Made by a program: the position numbers and the translations under genes
In this document: positions 30,618 to 39,412 of the stretch, in pieces
How positions within the stretch are numbered: the stretch's first letter is position 1
Layout: the number at the start of each line of letters is the position of its first letter
Notes under the pieces: model-generated
The model's database searches: none
What the model saw: the letters and a program-made list of their open reading frames with translations, nothing else
Told to the model about the DNA's origin: nothing
Assembly (NCBI RefSeq): GCF_000737315.1
Contig: NZ_JMCB01000006.1
Location: forward strand, 496,001 to 560,000
Direction: 5' to 3'
Source: Hyalangium minutum
GTDB taxonomy: Bacteria; Myxococcota; Myxococcia; Myxococcales; Myxococcaceae
DNA length: 64,000 nt

Positions 30618-31778
30618 CTACTGCGCCGCAGAGACCGCGTAGACCTGACGCGCGTTGCCCGTGAAGTCCGCGTTGTTGAGCTTCACCGTCCGGGAGCCCA
30701 CCACGCCCGCCGCGCAGTTGGCGCCCACCGCCTGGTTCTCGAAGAAGATCTCCAGCGTCAGCGTCTTGCCGTCACCGGACAGCTTGCCGCGCCCCGCCTG
30801 CTTGAAGCTCGGGTACGTCACGCTGATGTCGAAGCACGCGCCGTTCGACTTCACGTTCTCGATGAGGACGGCGGTGGAGGTGAAGCTCAGCGGAGTGCCC
30901 GAGACCACCGTGTGATCGCACGTGCCGGTGTTGCCCACATTGGGAGCATCCCGCAGGGTGCCCAGGTTGCTGGTCACCGCCAGGTTGCCACCCGACACGG
31001 TCATCTCCGACTTCGTGTAGCACTGCGTGGCGCTGCCGTAGTTGGTGTCCTCGTTGAAGCCGTTCGGGTGGCTGGGGATGTTGGCGCCCTCCATCACCAG
31101 CTTCTTGCCCTCCAGGAGCGCCTTGATCTTCTCCGCCGTGTCGAACGACGGCAGCGCCGTCAGCACCGTGTAGACCTGCTTCGAGTTGCCCGTGAAGTCG
31201 ACGTTGTTGACCTTGACGCCCGTCGAGCCTACCGCGCCCGCCGCGCAGGTGGCGCCAACTGCCTGGTTCTCGAAGTAGAGCTCCAGCGTCAGCGTGTTGC
31301 CCCCGTCGCTCAGCTTGCCGCGGCCCACCTGCTTGAAGCTCGGGTACGTCACGCTGATGTCGAAACACTCGCCGTCACCCTGCACGTTCTCGATAAGGAC
31401 GGCGGTGGAGGTGAAGCTCAGCGGGGTGCCCGCAGCCACCGGCTCACACTCGCCCGTGGCGCCCACGGTGGCGGCGTTGCGCAGGGTGCCCAGGGTGCTG
31501 GTGACGGCAAAGTTGCCGCCCGAGACGTTCATGGAGACCTTCTCGTAGCACTGCGAGGCGCTGCCGTAGTTGGTGTCCTCGTTGAGGCCGTTCGGGTGGC
31601 TGGGGACGTTGACGCCCTCCATCACCAGCGTCTTGCCCTCGAGGTGCGCCTGGATCTTGGCCGGCGTGTCGAACTTCTGGGTGGGCTGGGGGTTGGGCTC
31701 CGGCTCCTTGTCATCGCCACCGCAGCCCACGAGGCTCAGCGCACACACCATGACCGCGGAAAGCAGCTTCCTCTTCAT
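30618..31778 (-). CDS. Lipoprotein with two tandem ~176-aa beta-rich repeats
   Basis: Lipobox LVGC, a PEPNPQP linker and two highly similar domains (FDT..KI..LEGK.LVMEG.N.PSHPNG.NEDTNYGSA.QCY...). Confidence 0.85.
   Translation of the reverse strand: MKRKLLSAVMVCALSLVGCGGDDKEPEPNPQPTQKFDTPAKIQAHLEGKTLVMEGVNVPSHPNGLNEDTNYGSASQCYEKVSMNVSGGNFAVTSTLGTLRNAATVGATGECEPVAAGTPLSFTSTAVLIENVQGDGECFDISVTYPSFKQVGRGKLSDGGNTLTLELYFENQAVGATCAAGAVGSTGVKVNNVDFTGNSKQVYTVLTALPSFDTAEKIKALLEGKKLVMEGANIPSHPNGFNEDTNYGSATQCYTKSEMTVSGGNLAVTSNLGTLRDAPNVGNTGTCDHTVVSGTPLSFTSTAVLIENVKSNGACFDISVTYPSFKQAGRGKLSGDGKTLTLEIFFENQAVGANCAAGVVGSRTVKLNNADFTGNARQVYAVSAAQ
30621..31673 (-). repeat. Intragenic tandem duplication with a 528-nt period
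   Basis: FDT codons at 31673 and 31145 are 528 nt apart; shared blocks include LSFTSTAVLIENV, CFDISVTYPSFKQ and FENQAVGA.CAAG. Confidence 0.9.
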
Positions 31779-31877
31779 ACAGACACTCCTCGCTTCGTCG
31801 GTGGGACGGCCGGGGATGACATGACGCAGGAGGCTCCCCGGCGCGAGCCCCCCACGAAACTCTGCGAACTGCTCGAG

Positions 31878-33434
31878 CTACGACGGGCCGCGCGCGTCTG
31901 CCGCGATGGCGGCCTCCCTCAGCTCCCGCTTGAGGATCTTCCCCGCCGGCGACACCGGCAGGCGCTCCATCAGCTCCACCTTCTTGGGCACCTTGAAGCG
32001 CGCCACCCGCTCGCGCAGGTGCGTCAGCAGCTCCTCCGAGGTGGCGGCAGTGCCGGGCTTGAGCACCACGAACGCACGGCCGACCTCGCCCCACTTCGCA
32101 TCCGGCACGCCAATCACCGCGCACTGCTGCACGGCGGGGTGCTCGTAGAGCACGGACTCCAGCTCCAACGGGTACACGTTCTCTCCGCCGGAGATGAACA
32201 TGTCCTTCTTGCGTCCGGCGATGGTGAAGAAGCCGTCCGCGTCGCGGCGCGCCAGGTCTCCCGTGTGGAACCAGCCCTGAGCGTCGATGCTCTCCTTCGT
32301 GGCGGCCTCGTCGTTGAAGTAGCCGGAGCACATGGACGGCCCCTTGAGGACGAGCTCGCCCACCCCGCCCACCGGCACCTCGCGGCCGTCGTCATCCACC
32401 AGCCGTGCGTCGACGAAGTAGTTGGGCCGGCCAATGGAGCCCGCCTTGGAGATGGCGAACTCCGGGCCCATGCTGAAGAGGCCCGGGCCGAACTCCGTCA
32501 TCCCGAAGCCCTGCTTGAAGGGCACCGAGTGCACGGCCTGCCACGCCTGGATGAGCGGCACGGGCATGGGCGCGCCACCGCTCGTCATGAAGCGCACGGT
32601 GGAGAAGTTCGTGGCGCGGAAGCTCGGCGAGTCGTGGAGCTGCTGGTACTGCGTGGGCACCGCGAAGAACAGCGTCACCTTCTCGCTCTGGATGAGCTTC
32701 AGCAGCTCCTCGGGGTCCCACCGGCGCATGATGACGACAGTGCCGCCCACGGTGAGCAGCGGCACCGAGTACACCAGCAGCCCGCCCGTGTGGAACATGG
32801 GCGTGTGGGTGATGGTGACGTCGCCGGGCCGCACCTCGTGGACCAGCGTGTTGAGCGTGTTCCACGCCACCATGCGGTAGGAGACCATCGCGCCCTTGGA
32901 GCGCCCCGTGGTGCCGCCGGTGAAGAGCAGGCAGAGGATGTCCTCCTGGCTCACCTGCTCGTTCGTCACCGGCGCGGTGGGCCGGTGCAGCAGCGTCTCC
33001 GCGTACGGCATGCTCCGGGGCAGGCTCTTCGTCTCCAGGTGCACCAGCCGCAGGCTGTCGCCGAAGCGCTCCTGCACCTGGCCCACGTTGTCGCGGAAGT
33101 CGTCACCGAAGAAGAGCACGCGCGGCGTGGTGTCCTTCACCGACTCCGCCAGCTCCTGGGCATGCAGCCGCCAGTTGTAGGGGACGAAGATGGCGCCGAT
33201 CTTCCCGCAGGCGAAGAGCAGGTCCAGGTACTCCACGCCGTTGTGGGCCACCAGGCCCACCCGGTCCCCGCGCTTCACGCCCGCCACGTCGCGCAGCCAC
33301 CCGCCCAGCGCCTCGGCGCGGGCATTGAGCGCACGGTAGGTGAAGCGGCCGGCCTCGCCCTTGGCCACGTCCACCACCGCCATCTGCTCTGGCCAGTACA
33401 ACGCTCCCCGGCCCATCCAGTCGCCGATGAACAT
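31878..33434 (-). CDS. Acyl-CoA synthetase (FadD-like), paralog of 15916-17436
   Basis: FTGGTTGRSKG, GFGMTE, HTGDLA, GRKKDMFISGGENVYP and SPAGKILK. Start MFIGDW at 33434. Confidence 0.93.
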   Translation of the reverse strand: MFIGDWMGRGALYWPEQMAVVDVAKGEAGRFTYRALNARAEALGGWLRDVAGVKRGDRVGLVAHNGVEYLDLLFACGKIGAIFVPYNWRLHAQELAESVKDTTPRVLFFGDDFRDNVGQVQERFGDSLRLVHLETKSLPRSMPYAETLLHRPTAPVTNEQVSQEDILCLLFTGGTTGRSKGAMVSYRMVAWNTLNTLVHEVRPGDVTITHTPMFHTGGLLVYSVPLLTVGGTVVIMRRWDPEELLKLIQSEKVTLFFAVPTQYQQLHDSPSFRATNFSTVRFMTSGGAPMPVPLIQAWQAVHSVPFKQGFGMTEFGPGLFSMGPEFAISKAGSIGRPNYFVDARLVDDDGREVPVGGVGELVLKGPSMCSGYFNDEAATKESIDAQGWFHTGDLARRDADGFFTIAGRKKDMFISGGENVYPLELESVLYEHPAVQQCAVIGVPDAKWGEVGRAFVVLKPGTAATSEELLTHLRERVARFKVPKKVELMERLPVSPAGKILKRELREAAIAADARGPS

Positions 33435-33477
33435 GCGCGCTCCTCCCCAGATCGGTGCGACAGGCGCCGTGCGGCTC

Positions 33478-34473
33478 TCAGGCCGTCCAGCGGTAGAGAG
33501 CGGAGGCCATGGAGAGGCCGCCGCCGCTGGCACAGAAGGCCACCAGGTCCCCGCGCCTCACCTTGCCCTGCTCGACCGCGTCGTCGAGCGTCATTGGGAT
33601 GCAGGCCGAGCCCGTGTAACCCCACTTGTCCATGGTGTAGTGCGCCTTCTCCATCGGCTGGCCGAGCACCTTCATGGTGGCCTCGATGGTGCGCAGGTTC
33701 AGCTGGGTGAAGACGAACTGGTTCACGTCCTTCAGCTCCAGCCCGGCGCGCTTGAGCAGGATGTCCAGCAGCTGCGGCCAGCGCTCGGTGTTGAAGGTGG
33801 AGGGGAACTTGCGGACGAACTGCACCGCGGGCTTGCCGTTGGTCAGGGCAATGTTCTCGGCGGTGGCTGGGCGGAAGGTGCCGCCGGTGTAGACGCCGAG
33901 CGCGTCGTGGTACTCGCCGTTGGCCAGCAGGCGGGCGCCCATGAAGCCGGGCTTGTCGCTCGCGCCCAGCACCACCGCGCCCGCGCCGTCCGCGAAGAGC
34001 GTGCAGGTCTTCTTGTCCTTCCAGTTGATGTAGCGCGACATCCCGTACGCGCCCAGCACGAGGATGCGCTTGTAGCTCTCGTCCGCGGCGATGGTCTTGC
34101 TGGCCACGTCCAGCGCCGTCACCCACCCGGCGCAGGCGCAGTTGAGGTCGTACGTGCCCGCGTTCACCGCACCCAGCTTGGCCTGCACCACCGACGAGGT
34201 GGCCGGGCTGAGGTAGTCCGGCGTATCCGTGGCGACGATGATGAGGTCCAGTTCCTCCGGCTTGGTGCCCGCGCGCTGGAGCGCCTGGCGCGCTGCGGCG
34301 ACGCACAGGTCCGAGGTGGCCTGATCATCCGCCATGATGTGGCGCTCACGGATGCCCACGTTCTGCACGAGCCAGTCGCCCACGGGCTCGCCGACGATGC
34401 GGTCCATCTCGGCGTTGGTGATGACCTTCTCGGGAACGTAGCGCCCGGTGGAGAGGATTTGCGCGTATCTCAT
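33478..34473 (-). CDS. KAS III (FabH)-like protein with a non-canonical active site
   Basis: FabH-type sequence (STGRYVPE, GIRERH, LFADGAGA). Catalytic Cys114 (NCACAG) is kept, but the HQAN position reads TQLN and the GNT position reads GYT. Confidence 0.9.
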   Translation of the reverse strand: MRYAQILSTGRYVPEKVITNAEMDRIVGEPVGDWLVQNVGIRERHIMADDQATSDLCVAAARQALQRAGTKPEELDLIIVATDTPDYLSPATSSVVQAKLGAVNAGTYDLNCACAGWVTALDVASKTIAADESYKRILVLGAYGMSRYINWKDKKTCTLFADGAGAVVLGASDKPGFMGARLLANGEYHDALGVYTGGTFRPATAENIALTNGKPAVQFVRKFPSTFNTERWPQLLDILLKRAGLELKDVNQFVFTQLNLRTIEATMKVLGQPMEKAHYTMDKWGYTGSACIPMTLDDAVEQGKVRRGDLVAFCASGGGLSMASALYRWTA

Positions 34474-35180
34474 GATGCAGTGCTCCGGACGGTGTTGCGC
34501 GCGGTCTTGGTGCCGCGCTTCGTGGAAGAAGAAGAGGACTTCGCGCTGCTCTTGCCCGGGCGGGACGGGGGGCGCGGATCCAGGCCGTGGCTGATCAGGT
34601 CCATGGCGGCGTCCAGCACGCGCTCCAGGCCGGGATCCTCCTCCCAGATGACCCAGCGCATCCCGAGGAAGTCACCGATGCCCATCAGGCAGTAGGCGAG
34701 CGCCTCTGGGTCCATGCGGCGGATCTCCCCGTTCTCCATGGCCTGGGTGAGGCCGCGCACGTAGCCCCGGGCGAAGCGGTCGTAGTAGCGCCGGTAGCAC
34801 TCCTCGTCGACGAACTCGGCCTGGCGGACCACGCGGTAGAGGTTGGGGTGCTCGCGGGCAAACTCGAAGAAGGCGCGCAGGCCCTCGCGCTCCACCTCGA
34901 TGCGGTCGGTGACGCCCTTCACGGACTCGGCGATGAGGCGGCGGAGGCGCTCGCCCAGCTCGTCCACGACTTCCACGAAGATGGACTGCTTGTCCGGGAA
35001 GTAAACGTAGAAGGTGCCGAGCGCGACGCCGCTCTTTCGGGTAATATCCGCGATGGACGCGCGCTCGTAGCCCTTCTCCCCGAAGATGACCTCGGCCGCC
35101 CGCAGCAGCTTCTGGCGCGTCTTCTGGCCTCGGGGCGTCACGGGGAGCATCCGGTCGGATGAAGTTGAAGGGCGATTCAT
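34470..35180 (-). CDS. TetR/AcrR-family transcriptional regulator
   Basis: TRQKLLRAAEVIFGEKGYERASIADITRKSGVALGTFYVYFPDK HTH. ATGA overlap with the KAS III gene. Confidence 0.93.
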   Translation of the reverse strand: MNRPSTSSDRMLPVTPRGQKTRQKLLRAAEVIFGEKGYERASIADITRKSGVALGTFYVYFPDKQSIFVEVVDELGERLRRLIAESVKGVTDRIEVEREGLRAFFEFAREHPNLYRVVRQAEFVDEECYRRYYDRFARGYVRGLTQAMENGEIRRMDPEALAYCLMGIGDFLGMRWVIWEEDPGLERVLDAAMDLISHGLDPRPPSRPGKSSAKSSSSSTKRGTKTARNTVRSTAS

Positions 35181-35187
35181 GTTTCAT
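35161..35187 (+). promoter_or_regulatory. 27-nt operator-like element overlapping the TetR start codon
   Basis: GAAGTTGAAGGGCGATTCATGTTTCAT is 25/27 identical to 36287-36313. Confidence 0.75.
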
Positions 35188-35190
35188 GTA

Positions 35191-35220
35191 CGGGTAGCAC
35201 CCTGCCGCGGGGCTTGTCAA
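35191..35220 (-). promoter_or_regulatory. Candidate sigma70-type promoter for tetR
   Basis: Minus strand TTGACA (35215-35220), 18-nt spacer, TACCCG (35191-35196), directly upstream of the operator and ATG. Confidence 0.45.
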
Positions 35221-35325
35221 AACCTCCGTGGCTGGAATCCATGGCCCCCTGCGTCATAGGCGGTGGGTGGTTTCCTCTTCTCACGGGGACATAGGCTCAG
35301 CGCCCCTCGCCTCCACTATCCCCCC

Positions 35326-36246
35326 ATGCTCCAGACCGTTCTGCTTGTCCTGCTCACGGCCAGTCCCTCGGGCTCCGATGCCCTCCGCGGCTCTCTGCAG
35401 CAGCGCATCATCCAGGTGAAGGGAGCCTCCGTCGCCGTCGTCTACCAAGACCTCGGAGACCTCAAGGACAGCGTCCTCATCGAGGCCGACCGATCCTTCC
35501 ACGCCGCCAGCACCATGAAGGTCCCTGTCATGGTCGAGTTCTTCCGGCAGGTGGATGCCGGAACGCTCTCGCTCGACCAGCCCATCCCCCTCGTCAACCA
35601 GTTCCGCTCCATTGTCGATGGCTCGCCCTACGCGCTGGATCCCAAGGAAGATGAGGACGCCGCCCTTTATGAACAGCTCGGCAAGTCCGTGCCCGCGCGC
35701 GAGCTCATCCAGCGGATGATCACCCGCTCGAGCAACCTCGCCACCAACTCCGTCATCGCGCTTGTGGACGCCAAGCGCGCTACGCAGACCCTGCGCACCC
35801 TCGGCGCACAGCAGATGACCGTGCTGCGCGGCGTCGAGGACGGCAAGGCCTACCAACAGGGCCTCAACAACACCGCCACCGCCAAGGACCTCGCCACGCT
35901 GCTCGCCGCCATCGAGCGGGGCAAGGCCGCCTCCGACCGCTCCACCGAGGCCATGCGCTCCATCCTCCTTGCCCAGGAGCTGAACGAAGAAATCCCCGCC
36001 GGCCTGCCCCCAAGCACCCGCGTGGCCCACAAGACGGGGCAGATCTCCGGCGTCCTCCATGACGCGGCCATCATCTACCCCTCCGGCCGCGCACCCTACG
36101 TCCTCGTCGTCCTCACCAGCGGCATCCCTGACGAGAAGGTGGCCCGCTCCCTCATCGTGGACATCTCCCGGGCCGTCTACGCTCACGCCACCCGGAGCGC
36201 CGCCCCGGCCACCCCGAAACCGTCCGCCCCCACTCCCAAGCCCTGA
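35326..36246 (+). CDS. Serine hydrolase, class A beta-lactamase-like
   Basis: SxxK (ASTMK), SxN (SSN) and KTG motifs, plus a signal peptide. Confidence 0.88.
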   Translation: MLQTVLLVLLTASPSGSDALRGSLQQRIIQVKGASVAVVYQDLGDLKDSVLIEADRSFHAASTMKVPVMVEFFRQVDAGTLSLDQPIPLVNQFRSIVDGSPYALDPKEDEDAALYEQLGKSVPARELIQRMITRSSNLATNSVIALVDAKRATQTLRTLGAQQMTVLRGVEDGKAYQQGLNNTATAKDLATLLAAIERGKAASDRSTEAMRSILLAQELNEEIPAGLPPSTRVAHKTGQISGVLHDAAIIYPSGRAPYVLVVLTSGIPDEKVARSLIVDISRAVYAHATRSAAPATPKPSAPTPKP

Positions 36247-36286
36247 GCCCGCAGCGGCTCATGTGGGAGAGCAACCCTGCTCATGG

Positions 36287-36313
36287 GAAGTTGAAGGTCG
36301 ATTCAGGTTTCAT
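36287..36313 (+). promoter_or_regulatory. 27-nt operator-like element upstream of the SDR gene
   Basis: GAAGTTGAAGGTCGATTCAGGTTTCAT, about 100 nt before the SDR start. Confidence 0.75.
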
Positions 36314-36416
36314 ACGCCTCCCCCCTTTCCAGCCCCCCGCTGTTGGGCGTACCCTCCGCGCCGCTTTTCACGGCGGCCGGGCTTTCGCGCCGCCGCACTC
36401 ACCAGGAGAGATGCAC

Positions 36417-37163
36417 ATGCAGCTGAAGGACCTGAAGGTGGTGGTGACGGGCGGTGCCCAAGGCATGGGCGCCCACTTCGCTCAGCGGCTCCACGAGGCC
36501 GGCGCCCAGGTGGCCGTGGGTGACATCAGCGAGGAGAAGCTTGCCGCCCTCCCCGCGGGCATCCACCGCCGCCGGCTCGACGTCTCCAACGAGGAGGACT
36601 GTATCGCCTTCGTCAGCTGGGCCCACCAGGCCATGGGCGGCCTCAACGGCCTCATCAACAACGCCGGCATCCTCCGCGACGCCCTGCTCGTGAAGAAGGA
36701 CAAGACCACGGGCCAGGTGAAGAAGCTCAGCACCGCCGACTGGAACGCCGTCATCGGCGTCAACCTCACGGGCGCCACCTTCATGGTGCGCGAGGTGGTC
36801 GCCAAGATGGTGGAGACCGAGCAGAAGCCCGGCGTCATCGTCAACATGTCCTCCATCGCCCGCCACGGTAACCGCGGCCAGTCCAACTACGTCTCCGCCA
36901 AGGCCGCCCTCGCCGCCAACACCGTCACCTGGTCCAAGGAGTTCGCTCCGTTCGGCATCCGCGTGGGCGCCATCGCCCCCGGAATGATCGAGACGCCCAT
37001 GACTCAGGGCATGAACCAGAAGGCCCGTGACGCCCTGGTCGCCAACATCCCCGTGGGCCGCATTGGCCTGCCCGAGGACATCTGGGTCGCCGTGAAGTTC
37101 GTCCTCGAGTGCGACTACTTCAACGGCCGCACCATCGATGTGGACGGCGGCCTCGCGTTCTAA
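36417..37163 (+). CDS. Short-chain dehydrogenase/reductase, FabG-like
   Basis: TGGAQGMG, NNAGI, catalytic YVSAK and IAPGMIET. SD AGGAG 8 nt upstream. Confidence 0.92.
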   Translation: MQLKDLKVVVTGGAQGMGAHFAQRLHEAGAQVAVGDISEEKLAALPAGIHRRRLDVSNEEDCIAFVSWAHQAMGGLNGLINNAGILRDALLVKKDKTTGQVKKLSTADWNAVIGVNLTGATFMVREVVAKMVETEQKPGVIVNMSSIARHGNRGQSNYVSAKAALAANTVTWSKEFAPFGIRVGAIAPGMIETPMTQGMNQKARDALVANIPVGRIGLPEDIWVAVKFVLECDYFNGRTIDVDGGLAF

Positions 37164-37482
37164 GGCCGTCTGGGGACGGGGCCATCCCTCGTGCGGCTCC
37201 CTCTGGAGCAGCCGGGCAGGCTGGCCCTCGCCTTCCTATCGGTCGATCGGCCGTCTCATGAACCGAGAGACTTCGCCGTCCTCCCGAGAACAAACAATTT
37301 TCTCAGATGTCTAAGGATTGACGGGCTTTTTCGACCCACGCCAGTGGTGCAGGTTGCCGGGACAATCCTGAGTTCCTAGTTTATTCGGGAAGGCGCGAGA
37401 AGAGGTGCCGGTGTCATGAGAGCTGCGCAGACACATCCGGCGTCACAAGGCAGGACGCCTCCGACACGGCATGCCCTGCAAT

Positions 37483-37893
37483 CTACGAGTGCAGCTCGAG
37501 GGACATGGTCGCGCCGGCCTCGAACTCAGGGGCACGACGCAGCTGCTCCAGGACGCGCGGCGCACACCGCACCGTCAGCATGGGCAGAGATCCGCCCGGC
37601 TCGCTGATGGCCCGCACGGCCCCTAAGAGCTTGTGTGATTCCAGCCAGCGCATGAAGTCGTCGCGAAAGCGCGCGCTCTCCTGCAGGCCGGCCTGGTAGA
37701 CGGCCGCCCGGCTTTGCGCCACCTCGCGTGGGGCACGGCTGCGCGGCGCGGGATTCTCCGCCGGCATCACCGTCACATCGATCCACTCGGGTGTGGATGC
37801 GTCCTCGCCGCCCTTCCCTGGCAGGGCTCGGACTGAGGGAACTGCGCGCAGGTACATGCTGCCCTTCCCCTGTCCGTTCTGCTTCCGGCTCAT
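37483..37893 (-). CDS. popD: PopD-like inhibitor of PopC
   Basis: Small gene immediately downstream of and co-oriented with popC, matching the popCD arrangement of Myxococcus xanthus. SD GGAGG precedes MSRKQ at 37893. Assigned by synteny. Confidence 0.7.
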   Translation of the reverse strand: MSRKQNGQGKGSMYLRAVPSVRALPGKGGEDASTPEWIDVTVMPAENPAPRSRAPREVAQSRAAVYQAGLQESARFRDDFMRWLESHKLLGAVRAISEPGGSLPMLTVRCAPRVLEQLRRAPEFEAGATMSLELHS

Positions 37894-37951
37894 GGCCCTT
37901 CCTCCCACCAAGCCCGGCGCTCCATTGGCGCCGGCCCTGGTCGCAACCGCG

Positions 37952-39355
37952 TCAGCGATAGACGGCCAGGCCCTTCCCCGTCTTGTGCAACGACGAGCGC
38001 TTGAGCTTGACCGCATTGGCCAGAATCAAATCCCTCACCTCTTGCGCCGTCAAGTCAGGAGCACGGCAACGATACAGTGCCGCAATACCGGCAACATAAG
38101 GGGCCGCCATGCTGGTGCCACTCATTCGCTCGTAGAACGCCTGGTTGTTGCACCGACGCTCGGTGCTTGAATAGATGTTAACACCGTAACCCATGACATC
38201 GGGGACGGCCCTCTTACCGACCACTCCGCTGGCCGAGAAGCTGGCCACTTTCCTGTCGAAGTCGACTGCACCAATGGCCAGTGCCTCAGGAAAGCCTGCT
38301 GGGTAACCAACCGTGTTCGGTCCACTGTTGCCTGCCGCAACAACGGGGAGGACGTTGCTGTCGAGCAGGCGGCGAATCATGGCCTGCAGCGCCCGCAGGT
38401 TGAGCCGGTAGTCCGGCTCCGGGATACCTGCCGGGCAGGCAACCGGGAAGCCGAGCGACATGTTGACCACCGCAGGACGTGACGCGTTCTCCGGGCGGGA
38501 GAACTGGTGCAGCAGCCACTCCATGCCGGCGGCCACGCGGCCGAGGCTGGTGCGGATCGTCTCCGACTCGATGACCGAGGCGACGTAGAGGTCCACCTCC
38601 GGCGCCACGCCGTGGTGCACCCCCGCCGCGATACCCGCGACGTGCGTGCCGTGGCCATCCGGATCGAAACCGCGCACGTCTCGCGCCGGCGTGTGCGGCG
38701 AGTTGGGGAACAACGAGACGTAGCGGAACTGCACCACCTTGCTGGCGTGCTCCGGATGATCCGCGTCGATGCCGGTGTCGAGGATGCCCAACATGACACC
38801 CGCGCCGCGGATGCCCTGGGCATGAGCCAGGGGCACACCGCACTCGGCGGGCCACTCGCGCTCGGCGAGCGAGGACATGCCGCGGTTGCGCGGGCCCGTC
38901 TCACCGGCCACCGGGCCCGGGAAGGACAGCGGCACCACATCCGGGATGAACTCGAAGTCGCGCGCGAGCTCCCCCCGCGCGGCGCGCTCGGCCGTGTCCG
39001 AGTAGAAGTGCGCCATCGTCGCGCCGATCAGCGGCATGTACCGGTACGAGCCCGCCTCCGAGCCGGTCAGCTCCTGCACCGGACCGGGGATGGGCGTCGC
39101 GGCCACCTTGATGATGTTGCCCTTCTTGCCCTTGCCGCTCTTGCCACCGTTGGGCTTGCTCACCGCCGGCCGCGCGCCGGGCAGCGTCGCCGAGCGCAGC
39201 CCGAGCTGCTGCAGCGCCTCGGCCGCACGCTCCGCGCCCGTGAACCTCAGTGCCGTGGAGCGCTGAAGCTGCCGCTCACCCCGCGTTGTCCCCCTCACCC
39301 CCACGCGCGCCTGGGACTCAATGCTCTCCTTGGGAACCAATAGATAGGACTTCAT
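37952..39355 (-). CDS. popC: PopC subtilisin-like serine protease (C-signal/CsgA processing)
   Basis: MKSYLLVPKESIE start with no signal peptide and a long N-terminal extension; triad ILDTG / GHGTH / GTSMAAP. Closely matches my recollection of M. xanthus PopC. Confidence 0.9.
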   Translation of the reverse strand: MKSYLLVPKESIESQARVGVRGTTRGERQLQRSTALRFTGAERAAEALQQLGLRSATLPGARPAVSKPNGGKSGKGKKGNIIKVAATPIPGPVQELTGSEAGSYRYMPLIGATMAHFYSDTAERAARGELARDFEFIPDVVPLSFPGPVAGETGPRNRGMSSLAEREWPAECGVPLAHAQGIRGAGVMLGILDTGIDADHPEHASKVVQFRYVSLFPNSPHTPARDVRGFDPDGHGTHVAGIAAGVHHGVAPEVDLYVASVIESETIRTSLGRVAAGMEWLLHQFSRPENASRPAVVNMSLGFPVACPAGIPEPDYRLNLRALQAMIRRLLDSNVLPVVAAGNSGPNTVGYPAGFPEALAIGAVDFDRKVASFSASGVVGKRAVPDVMGYGVNIYSSTERRCNNQAFYERMSGTSMAAPYVAGIAALYRCRAPDLTAQEVRDLILANAVKLKRSSLHKTGKGLAVYR

Positions 39356-39375
39356 GGGAACGTTCACTCCTTACT

Positions 39376-39412
39376 GGGACTGCGGACTCCTTGGGGACTG
39401 CTCGGGGACTGC
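39376..39412. repeat. Three GGGACTGC direct repeats in the popC leader
   Basis: Copies at 39376-39383, 39394-39401 and 39405-39412. Confidence 0.6.

Noticed and set aside
34470-34580. Basic Ser/Lys-rich tail on the TetR protein
   Set aside because: Low-complexity tails are frequent in myxobacterial proteins, and there is no evidence of a specific function.
35326-36246. Class A beta-lactamase-like gene as an acquired resistance determinant
   Set aside because: No mobile-element context and native codon usage. Such serine hydrolases are common chromosomal genes and the activity is unproven.
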